Origin: Takakia lepidozioides
Lineage: Eukaryota > Plantae > Bryophyta
Length of the DNA: 64,000 bases
Reading direction: 5' to 3'
Assembly: GCA_030704615.1 (NCBI GenBank)
Contig: CM060734.1
Location: 62,434,001 to 62,498,000, forward strand
The translations under genes were made by a program, and so were the position numbers. The notes under the pieces are model-generated. The model did not search any database. It worked only from the letters and a program-made list of their open reading frames with translations, and had not been told where the DNA came from. This document shows, one piece after another, positions 27,599 through 39,200 of this stretch; position 1 is the first letter of the stretch, and each line of letters begins with the position of its first letter.

Positions 27599-30500
27599 AT
27601 GGCGTTTGGTGGAGCAGGGCTGTGCTGCCCATCCCCTACCGTGCACAGCCAGCGCTCAACAAGTGGCTATGGCTGCTGCTCTTTTCTCCCCCTTTACCCT
27701 TCCAGTATTTGGGGTTCAAAATCCCGTGATGCTTGCTTCTTCCCCTTAGTCCCTGCCACCGGTTTACATTTCACAGGGGAGGGAGGCAATCGGAGCATGC
27801 AAGGAGTGTGGAAAATGGGTAGGTCTAAACGAGCTCGCCAGACCCAGGCTGCCATGGTAAGGCAGTTTCCACCAATTCGAGTGTTTTGGTATCGTGCGTG
27901 GAATTTTGTCAGCCTACCAATTAGCATGTCTTCCTGTAGAACCTGCACTGAATCTGTCCACCAAGGCAATATTCCTCAATTCGCAGCTGTATTTGATTGC
28001 CAAATTATAAACCCAGACGACGATAATCCCAGAATGGACATGCCGTGTACGAGCTCACTTGTGCATAGAAAACACACAACTCGTACTAGAGCTAGAGTCT
28101 TGAGAGCTTCCAATACCCCAGAGATATCGAGAGCAAGTAGATGATCCGCAAGGAGTCCAAACACAGAAAGAGATTTTGTATGCAATGAGACAGGCCAAAA
28201 AACCCCTGATTTTCTTGTACTCTGTTTAACCATTGAAATCTCCACAGCTAAGAAGACATAAGAGCAAAGAGCTTGATTCACTTAGTGCCCGAATCTGGGT
28301 TTAATTGTATAAGTGGATTCATTTATGATGCAGGGAAGGAGTGGGGTAGGGCAGAAACCCTATACAGCGGTGATGATAGTCCCAACAGGGACAGGGGCTG
28401 CAATTGGGGGGTTTGCAGGCGATGCTCTTCCAGTAGCCAGAGCCCTGGCTTCCATTGTTGACTGCCTCATCACCCACCCAAATGTACCAATATGATAGTG
28501 CAGAATGCACATATGCACACAAGTTTTGTAATTCATACCTTTAAGGTTTTTTCAGGGACAACTTTCATCCCTTTGTGGATCTTCAGTATTGTAGATGATC
28601 AGTCGCAACGCCTTAAATGAAATTAAAACCAACACATAGTATTTGCAGTGGTCTTCTTCAGCTTCTTTCCAGACAACTGGATTCTAAGTACATTGGACAG
28701 CTCTAGGCCATACAATTGGTTCATAATGAGATACTGGCTTCAAGTCAAGTTCAGGCTGTTATGAGAGTGTTGAGATAGAAGCAGCATTCTCTTACCAGGG
28801 GTAGCAGTTTGAGTAGCTCTCCAATTAGGCTACTCTGCTGTTCTACTTAAAAGCATGGAAAGGTTCCATGTGAGGCACAGGCCAGAAATTATCAGACCTT
28901 GATTAGTTGGTCCATTTGAGGTTTTCAAATGATCACATTGGATTCCTGAACAAGCAGGTGCTGAATGGGGCAATGCTGTACTGGCCGATGCCAAATGCGC
29001 TGTATGTGGAGGGTTTTGCTCTTGATCGCTTTGCAGAAGGATCCTGGGGCCTTGAACCTGTCCATCAAAACCGGGTCCGTTCTTTTGCCTGCACTCTACT
29101 CTCTGTGCCATCTGTGGACTACTATCTGAGATTCTCCAGTTCATTGTTGGTTGGGTTCTGGACAGTAGGGAGATGGGCATGTGAATGACAAAGATTCTAG
29201 GGAGGTGAGAAGGACCATCAGCTGATAGTTGTCGTGGGGACTGGTGCCTTGCAGGTGGGGTTGGTCTTGGATGCGGGCATCGAGGAAGAATTGCTGTTAA
29301 GGCATCTGCAGGTGGCTGATGCCACCCATGCTACACTGGGCCTCCCTGTGTTAGACTACAGGATTACTGATGCCCCCCTGCAGGTACCTTTTGGTTCTAA
29401 TGATCATGAAGCAAGTTTTCTAGGAAAAGCAAAGTGTAACAGTCCGAGAGAACGCTGAGTGCACAGCCAAGCTGGTAAAGAGGAAGGTGTTCGGAAATTT
29501 TTGCATGAAGATTGGTGTGGTTTGTGTCAGAGTAGACACTGCTCATACCCTTCTTAAAGTGAATCTGCTTCACAGTGCAATTTTTGCAGGTAGAAAAATG
29601 GATTGAGACAACAACGGGCACCTCTACAGGGAGGCTTGGCCGGCCCGATTCATTGATGAGGGCTGTGGATGCCCTAGTGAAGGATGCACATGTGGATGCC
29701 ATTGCTGTCATAGGTCGCTTTCCTGATGATAACATTGATGAACTCCAGGACTATCGGCAAGGTCGGGTAAGGCTAGGTGGATCTTGTTACTGGATGTGCA
29801 TTTGTTTCATCTTGACAACAACCAGCAGATAAGTTTGGCTCATGATACTGTACACCTGGCAGTTGTCTCTGGAGGAGAGAAACTAATCCATGAGCAGGAT
29901 TCATGAGCCCATGAGCAAGTGTGCATGAAATCCGTGAGCTCAGGTTCACGATTCACCCTCATTCACCCAAAATCGTGAGCACAGGTTCATAGACTCACAG
30001 TGTTCGCTCACAGGCTCATGGGTGGAGGCTCACAAATTAGAGTTTTCCATCTCGGGAGCAATGTTTTAAGCACACTACAGAGCACCAAATTGGAAATAGT
30101 CCGCCAAGGAGTTTTTACTCTTGTTTGGAATCGTGACTGCAAAGGTGATAAGTAGTTCTTATCCTGGATGTATCTATTATATACAAACTAAGTGGTTGTT
30201 CTTATCTTGAGGTTTCACTTCTTATCTCGTTCTCCTTTTTGCTTACAGTAATCCTCATGTCCCCTCCTGCAAATGCAGGGGGTTGATGTGCTGGCAGGAG
30301 TGGAGGCAGTGATAAGCCACATGGTGGTTCAGGAGTTTCAACTTCCATGTGCTCATGCTCCAGCTTTGGCACCCTTACCATTTGACCCCTCCATTTCTCC
30401 CCGATCTGCTGCTGAAGAGGTACGGAGATGCTGGAGCAGATTGTTTTTCTCGTGCATGAGCTTCATTGCTTCACTCCTCCACCCACGCACCATGTAGAGT

Positions 30501-31498
30501 GTACAGAGGAGTCTGGTGAAGGGAAACTTATGAGCTAGTGGTTCAGTCCCACCTAACAGAGTGAGTGCGCTGTGCTACTTGCAAACTGGATGGTATGGGG
30601 CCACAGATCGGCTACACATTTCTACCATGTGTGCTCGCAGGACTAAGCAGGGCACCCCAATTTGTGAGCAAGGGAAATAGGGGTGGGCTTGGAACAATCT
30701 GGGCTGACGATGTAGACTGTGTGGTGGTGCCTATTAACGCGTGTGGTGGAGATGGGACTCTTGCATTCAGTCACAGGTCTGGGCGCAAGGTAAATCTTTG
30801 TTGCAAATAATGCAGTCTTAGTACTGCAAATGCATTTTGGATGAGCTGTCAAGTGATACATCCTCTCAAGTCGCGTGAACCTCATGATTCTTTTTTACCA
30901 GAGTACAAGTAAGGGGCAAGGATTTGAACTGTGCTTAGTGTTTTCTGAAAACGACAATCCTCCAGTGTGTAGGAGTTGCAAAGTGGGGAGGTCTCCAATT
31001 GAGGTTGCAAATTCAGGAACCTGCCTGTTTGAATGGAAGTCAACCCTTTTCTTAAGACTGATGTGAGTGCAATTGGTCTGTGGTGGTATTGTAGCCTTTG
31101 GTGTTGGCTGTGGAGGAGAATGAAACAGTGCTGTACGACACTGCTGAGAAGCTTGGACTAGATGATGTGGTACTTTACTGACCTTTAAAGCTGCCACCCT
31201 AGGGATCATTGGTCAGAGTTCCACCTGTCAAGTCCTTGACAATAAGGGCTTGGCTTATTTAACATGGTTTGAGTAACATATTTTAACCTGAATGGGTGTT
31301 GGGCAGCTGAGGGTGGCAAATTACTGGGAAGCATTGGGAGTGATAGCGGCGCACAAAGCAGGTGTGGATCCCCAAGCCCTGCGGAGGCGTGGTGTGAAGC
31401 ATATACGAAAAATAGAGGGCTCTTTTTCTGCAGAGAATGGATTGGGTGCTTTGAAGAGATTGCAACCAGTCTCTCTTGCAATGAGTGGAGTGCGATAG
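27599..31498 (+). CDS. DUF3326 family protein (cyanobacterial-type, probable plastid transit peptide), 9 exons
   Basis: Exons 27599-27856, 28334-28483, 28958-29074, 29255-29383, 29590-29766, 30279-30419, 30607-30789, 31095-31169 and 31307-31498. Motifs IVPTGTGAAIGGFAGDALP, LITHPNVLNGA, LYVEGFALDRF, GVEAVISH, PCAHAPAL, PRSAAEEIGYTFLPCVLAGL and NYWEALG are present. Confidence 0.9.
29878..30046. repeat. Degenerate foldback/MITE-like element in DUF3326 intron 5
   Basis: Clustered (C/G)TGAGC motifs on the left and GCTCA(C/T) motifs on the right, bounded by AAACTAAT..ATTAGAGTTT. Confidence 0.4.
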
Positions 31499-32469
31499 AA
31501 TTGATGAAGATATATGGCCAGTAGTTGGATCCTAACATATTCATCATTGAGTCATCTGCCAGACTGTCACTTGTAGAAAGTGCTCATTGTTCCAGGCAGT
31601 ACCACATTTTATTGTTACTCTTAAGATTCTTTCTAGTTCCTCACATTGAGGTTATGGTATTCCATTACCGCTTGGTAACTGAGCCTTAGTACACATACAG
31701 CTTGTACACTGCAGACTTTGTTGAACACAAAGACAATCCCACCCCCTAGACTATCTAGGCTCCTAGTGACTGGCCACTGAAAATGAATCAAGGACAGAGC
31801 TATCATCACACTTGGCTTTGTAGGGCGTCACAATTAATCCCAAGTGAATGAAGATATGGTGACGTCCAAGAGGGGTTTGGTGGTCCACCAGTATGTGTTA
31901 CCAGTTACCACCCAAAGTGTGTGAGACCTTGGTAAGTGTTGCATGGCCCTGACAATCTGGTCAGTCACTATCTCTTATCTGTAGGCTAGTGTGAAAGATG
32001 GCGTTTGACTGTAATGATAATCACAGGCCCTAAGGCTTTGTAGAAATTTGTTGAGGGCAAGGTTCATATAACAGTCAGTGGTCGTGGCTATGGATTCCAT
32101 GGTATATACTCGTCAAGCGCAGAGTGCTCAAATCATTCTGCTCTTGTACACGTAACAAACAATTAGATGATCAGGCTTGCCATGGAAAACTCAAATATGT
32201 ATGTAGTTTGATGTTTGGATATTGCTTGGAAAGGCTGTGGAGCCTCATTCTCGCTCCACTAGAGATTCCTCTTCCTCTGTAGTGATAAGCTTGTTTAGGG
32301 GGTAGGTAGTCTGATGAAGCATCCATGAGAGGCAGGTAGGATAAATTTGTAGAGGATAAAGATCTCAGGCCTCGTATCTTCTCGCCCACTCACATCCATT
32401 GCTCAGAAGCACCATAGAGCTGACAGTCGGAGTACAATTCATCGACAGCCCAAGCCCACACGTTAAATG

Positions 32470-32928
32470 ATGCGTGTACAGCCTCCAGAACAAGCGATCA
32501 TCTCCAATTTCAAACTTTACATGCACCAGTTCAATTACTTTAACATGAAAAGAAGCTCTACGCGAAGGCAATACCTTAATACCTTCGATCGCATATTCCA
32601 CTTGAAAGAGGCGGCCCTCTGGTGAAAATGTATTCACAGGAGGAGGGAGAAGCATGGACTCTGTCCGACGATCAGATGGTCCGTCCGTCTACAGTCGGCA
32701 TCTTTCGGTCAATGGATGGATGCCGTCTGTTCGGTGACTCCATTATTTGGTCGCTGCGACCGAGGGTTGGTAATTTCATCCCTCGGTTCCATAGTTTCCC
32801 GCCATTTTGCAAAAACCTGGCGGAGTGTGGAGAGAGAGAGAGAGAGAGAGAGAGCGATGGCGGCAGCGTTGCATTTCAGTTTGATTCCATGCGGTGTGGG
32901 CTAACAACTCGGAATCAGAGATAATCAA
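32470..32928 (-). pseudogene. Duplicated PAE 5' fragment (part of intron 2, most of exon 2, upstream region)
   Basis: Aligns to ~22597-22772 joined to 23191-23471. Encodes [21 protein letters not shown] followed by GT, and lacks the ATG exon. Confidence 0.85.
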
Positions 32929-33236
32929 GAAGGAGGGTTGGAGGGATCTGTAGGGTTTTCAATTGCTTTGGGTATCTGGTGACTGTTGCTGCAGGGCGGT
33001 TATGGAATGTTTGGAACAATGCAGCAAGGAAGAGTGAGAGAGGGCGTTACGGCATGAAGGTTTGGCAGAGATGACTAGATTTTAATCTGGATTGGTTTGC
33101 AGGTCATGCTGTCCTGTCGGTAGGGTGCCCAACGTTGAGGAAAATGCCGCAGGAGGAGGGAGAGCTTGAGAGAGAGCGAGGGAGGGGGTGGTTGTGGTTG
33201 CAACGACTGCTGGATATGGCACGAAGGTAGGAAGAG

Positions 33237-36200
33237 ATGCCTCCGCTCAAGAAAGGGGGCGGGTCGGCAGTACGCAAGAAGCAGCAGCTGAGCTCCCAGG
33301 TAGCACGCCATGGCATCCAACACTTTTTCGGTCGGCAGTGTCCTTCCCAGGCCCCTGCTCATCAGACTGCCCCTGCTGCTATGCCCGGGTCGTTACAAGG
33401 CGCACTCATCTTGCCAGCATCAGTCTGTCGATCTGTTGAACCCTTCAAGGTGCCGATTTTTCAAGACGAGTTACAACCTAAAGGTAACGTAGACAATCCA
33501 TGCATGGGTGTTCCTGTTCTACATTCAGCTCAATGGTTCGATAATGCATCGTCAATTGTACAAGTTGAGTTCTCTACATGAAATTTGCCACCATGTTTTG
33601 CTGCCAGATTTTTGTTTCTATGTTAGCTGTGCAACTGGGCTTTCTTAAGGTTTGGCTGGCTCAAATGCAGCTGTTTGAGTGTCCAAAATTTGTTCGACAG
33701 CAATTGATGTTCATTGCTGGTTGGTGAACCTGCTATACTGCATAACTTAACTCCAGATGCCAGGAAAGGTACCACCTGGAACGAACCCACTGCGTCCATA
33801 ATATCATCACAAGAATTGATAAGCCCCTATGTAGTCCAATCGGGAAGCTTAAGAGCCCAAGAGTGTCTACACTCCATCCAGTGTACCCCACATATTCTGA
33901 AACAGATTGCTTCACTGTTATGGCATGCTTCTTTGGCGTCTTCACTCTCATGTAGTTGGCTGCAATGTGTGTGCAGCTCAAGACCGAAAAGCAGAGAGGG
34001 ATGGTTGCAGTGAGAATTTGGCCGAAAGGGGCACTGATGCGCAGAGTGAAGTACAACATGCGCAGGAGGCCTTTACATATGTTGTATGTGCAGAGGAGAG
34101 TCCACAAGCTGACGCGCTATCCAAGCATCTACTTCAAGAATCTGCAAACCGCAAAAGGCTTTCGCCGGGCATGGTCTCTTTCAAAATCCCTCCTTCCCCC
34201 AACTGCACTACCTTGAATGGTAAATTACAGAAAGAATTCTTCGTAACAATCCTCTGTGATGTATTTCAATTAACCTACGTGAACGTTGCACCTTACTGAC
34301 TGGCTGGAAACTTATTTTCCAGGGAAAACACATGGAATGTACATTACAATGAGATATCTGTCTGTCAACAAGAATTTCAATGTGCCTGAAATTGAAGCTT
34401 TACATGAGATGGTCTCTTTAAATCAATACTGGCATTTGGAGAGTCACACACAATCTGTTACCTGGGCAAATTAGAAGTTCAATTTCTGCCTAACACTGGA
34501 GATGTCTCTTAGATGATCATGCAAAGCCAAGATGATGGCGGGGATGAGGTGGTGTGGCGCGTGTCACCCACAGTGGAGCGCCTGCAGGCTGCTGCAGCCA
34601 CTGATCAGCCTTCCACAGACGCTCAAGAAGAGCTGAAACCTTTACGCCCCTGCTCCATGGGTAACAAACCAGCAGCAATGCAAGAAATTCTCAGCAAGGC
34701 ATCAGTATTCCACCTTGGAGCAGCCCCCATTCTAATGAAGAAAAAGGTTGGTTTAGTGGGTCGCCTCTCTCAATCTTGCTACTGGGCTTTGTCAGATACG
34801 AAGTGGGATTCACAAACTGCTTTGTAAAGTATGGTAGGTGCACCAACATAGCACCTATGAGTTTCTGGCAAAACTTCATTGAAGTATGGTATAGATGGAC
34901 TCATTGTAAGATACCCACATTGTTCCAGCTCTGTCGGAATGTTTGTCAGCAGAGGACTCTATTAGTAAAAGAGGGACTAAGGATCACCAGAGAGGAAGAG
35001 CGCTAATGTGTGACATGCCTGTGGTGGCCAGAAATCACCGGGCATGGCAGGGAAGTTAGAACAGTGGCTTCTATCTTCCACGGGGAACCTGCCATTGAAC
35101 ACTTCGAAGGTGGCTCACAATCTCATCAAATCCGTCCACAGAGGAAGTGAAAAAGAGAATATTGAAAATGCAGGAGTTTCACCACCAACTGAGTGTCAGA
35201 AAAATTGCTCGCCTGGTAAAGTGCCACGAATGATCAGCACAGTCAAGCTTTCAGGATGCTCACGTCGACGGTCCTTGGTATGACTTCTATCTTCCTAGAA
35301 GTCTCAGTTGTTATGACCAATGTCCAATGTTCTGTGTGATTTGGAAGAGTTATGGCAGTTCAACAGTTGGAAAAACAGGGTGCTATTGTTCACAAGAGAG
35401 AGGCTTTAAGATGATAACTATCCCTATGCCATGATTGTTGTGTCAGAATCCTCAACGGAGTGCTGACAGCCGCAAAAGGAAGGGGACTGCAAAAGTGACC
35501 AATTGTGGACAACGCCGCAAGGTAAGCTCCTTCAGTTTGTTCACGTGATACCCGACAGTCCTCTCTTTTCCTTATTTCCTTCCCCTCCCCCTGACTCCCA
35601 TGCATTGATGGGCAGATACTCGTGCATTTGTTGAATTCTGGCAATGATGGGAAGCTGAAATTTTTTCCACATGATCGTAACTAGCTTATTAGACAGGAGC
35701 TGACAATTCTTCATATTCGGTGGACCTGGAAACCATAGAATCTTACACAGTGCAGTTCTACAACAACACCTTCGTTGTCCTACATGATGCTAGAATCTTA
35801 CAGTCCAATCTATCTCCAGTTTCAGGGTGGCTCACAGCTTGGATAGAAACCGGTAGAAGGCACAATCTGGAGGGTGCTGACCCCTTGTGCCCTGCTTGCA
35901 CTAGAGACGACAGATGGTAGATTGTCCAAAGAACATTTGGTCTTTCACTATCCTCTCTACTATGAGATCCCTTTTCTGGAACAGCTAATCCGGACTTTCA
36001 GTACGAGGGCCAGAAATGCCTGGCACAATATTACGCACCTTAGAGGATCTCTGGACTTTGAATAGTTGTTCTTTGGCTGCTTGTTGAGGGCCTCACATGC
36101 TCTGCTTTCTTTTTGTCTAAGCTTTCTATGGACGTTATTAAGCTTTTTCCTTTCTTTTCTCTCTGTTTGTTATAAAGTACCATTTTATTTCTTTGATTCA

Positions 36201-39200
36201 TCCTTCTAACTTAGATGTTGAATTTTATCAAATCCATCTAAGTATATTTTGAACTTTGCAGGCATTACTGGACCTACTGGACCGTGTCGAGAACGCCATT
36301 TCTATACCAGACCAGCTGTCTAAGAAGTCTCCACCCTTGTCAGGGCAGAAATTGAAGAAAGCCCGAATGCTCAGTGCCAAGACTAGTCGCCTTTCTCCAG
36401 ATTCTCAGTTGCAGAAGAGAGCGACAGATGGAATTGTCTCCAATGAGGACCACAGTTCAGCTCGTGGTTGCCACCTCAAAGCCAGCCACCCAATTGAGAG
36501 TTTTTTACCAAGTGGATTTGGCCCAGCAGTATCAGAACTGAGCTCTATTGCTGAAGAGCATGTGCCGAAGTTGGGCAGTGCTCTGACTATCAGTCCAGAA
36601 TTCACAAAGCCGAGAGGTCATATTAGAGGACCTCATCGGCAGTGTGAGTTGGTAGAGTGCACTGCCATCCAGAAAAATTTAAACCTACCTTTTGACAGTG
36701 AAATAGTGGAGGCTTCAAAGCCTAACCTGGCAGCAGATATGCCACAAAGGGTATGTCTTGCAGAAGATCTGCAGCTCCTCAAAGATGATGTACTACCAGA
36801 GTTTGTCAAGCCTGCACAAAACTTAGGGTCGGAAGTAGTTGAAACTATCCATGGGTTCTATCAGATAGAGGGAGTGGAGGGTCTTACCCTTGCTACCAAG
36901 ACTGTTGATCTTAGTGATCATCATTCTAGTTTACTAGAGACCAACCACCTTTTCAGCGGCACAGGTAGACAAGCACTCGACCCGAAAAGCCAAGGAACTA
37001 TTCATTTTCTTGTTCTCGAGGTAAGTTTGACTGCACTTCTTTTGTTGCACTTGCTTTGAAGATTGCATATTTCCTTCTCACAGATCCATGCCCATATACT
37101 TGCAACCTTATGGCAAAACAATTGCTACCTTTTGAAGTCAAATGACCACAGAAATGACTTACATGGCCTTAAGATTCTACCAAAGGGGGTAGAGGCAATG
37201 TTGGGGATGTTGATTTGGTATTTTGACATGTGTGTAGGTTGCTGATGCGGAATGCCAAAACAGCAATGGATCTTCCCGTCAAAAGGTTATGACTAAAATG
37301 TGGCTTCCATGGCCCTTCACCCTTTCTAACTCAGCTTAGCACAATATTTCCACCCATTGTAGAAAGATTGTGATGTTATTGGAATATAACTTTGGAAACA
37401 CTGACTCATGCAGAGGTTGTGTATCTAAAAAGAAAATTCCACTCTGCAGATTCTGCGGTTGCTCAATGAACAGAGTGGAGCAGAGCGGGTGTTGTCACTG
37501 CGTGATGAGTGGTAAGGGAACTTCTCTGTCACACTTTGGTAGAGGAGTGAATTAACTTCAATTGTGGTGAAAGCAAGGTATGAAGTGCATGCATCTGGAT
37601 GTTGAGAAATGGCTGGATTCGGGGCTTACACATGAAAAGTTTTTTGGTTTGTGAGGCATAAGGGGCTTAAGAAAAGAGAGACCTAATCATTCAAGTTTTG
37701 TGGTCCCAGTGCCATATACCCAACACCCTTCAGTCTGCAGGCGCAAGACAATGTGATAGTAACTGTTGGCGAACAAGCAGAATAAAGGGAGATCTGTTGG
37801 CTGTTTGGTTATGCAGGTTCTATACAGCAGTGAGGCCAGGTGACACTCTGAATGTCATCGGCCAGTTTGGACCAGATGGCACCTGCGTAATTGACCACGA
37901 CCACAACCTCTTAGTTGTCCACCCGGATCTACTCATATCAGGCTCCAGAGTATGCCCCCAATGCTTTCTTGTGCTAGAAAAACTTGGAGAACCTTGGCTT
38001 TTCATTTGCCTCCACAGAGCCCTCTGGATAGTAGTGCAAAGGTGTTTGGACAACCTAAACCAGTGTCTGGGCAACTTTGGTCTATCATGCATTCTTGGCC
38101 CAAATTTCCAATTGAGATGTAGAACATACGCATGTTGTAAAGTTCTCCTGAGAGCATCGACAGATCTGTCGAGAATCTGTTTATCACCCTCTGATGCATT
38201 GTCAAAGAGTGCTGGTTCCCATATGGGAGGAGGCAATGGAAGTGGAATGTAAATACCAGCATGAAGATACAGAAGTTTCAGGGCATCTCTCTGGAAATCC
38301 AGGAAGGACACCTCATTTGAGGGAAAGCTCTCTCCCAGTCACACCCTACATATCAACAGCACTTTGTCTACCAGGCCTCTCACTCTCGTGTGACACCAAG
38401 ATCATAGCAGTAGGATCTAAGTCTAATGAGCCTGCAAACTCCCTCATTGATTCCACAGTCCAGCTACTTGGAAAATGACCAAGGGTGAGGGGGCTGAAGG
38501 TGGGTGGCAGTTTCAGCTGCCCTCGGAGGGCTGTGCTGGATGAGCGCATTCAATCAAGTGACACATCTATGCCAGCACTTCTAGGCACCATGCTCCATCA
38601 ACTTTTCCAAGTGAACCTCTCTCCTATCTCATTTCTTTCATTCTTTCTTGTTCTTTCTTCTATTGCCCCCCATACTATGAGATCCGTGGGAGATTCCATT
38701 GTCTATTCCGTGAAACCCAATCTCTCACTGAAGTCTTCCACTATGAGGATCAGAAATGTTTGGCAGCCTACCTGCACGAGGCATTCACCCTTAGACAATC
38801 ACTCGAACAATAGTTCTTTTCTCTGACTCTGGTTTTCCTATTTTCTCTCATGTTCTTCCTTCCATTTTGTCCCATAAGCTCTATGAGCTTTCCGCGGACG
38901 TTATAAAGCACCATTTCATTTCATTTGCTCTTTCTTCATGTTTTCTTCCATTTTGTCCCATAAGCTCTATGAGCTTTCCACGGACATTGTAAAGCACCAT
39001 TTCATTTCATTTCATTTCATTTCTTGCTCTGTTTGGTGCACTCTGATATGGGCTTCCTGTTGTTCTACTTTGTCTCATGGGTCCCCAGGGCTCCCTGTTG
39101 ACGTTATAAAGTTTCTACATTCTATCACTATCAGAGTAGATGGGGTTTCTGTGGTTTCACTGTTTTTTTCCTGTGGCTATGTGTTTTTCCACTTGTGTCC

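Noticed and set aside
27461-28144. 227-aa ORF as a standalone gene
   Set aside because: It is the 5' leader plus DUF3326 exon 1 reading on into intron 1 (GT donor at 27857).
36256-37059. 267-aa ORF as an independent gene
   Set aside because: It is the large N-terminal-region exon of DNA2 (36262-37020, [15 protein letters not shown] followed by GT).
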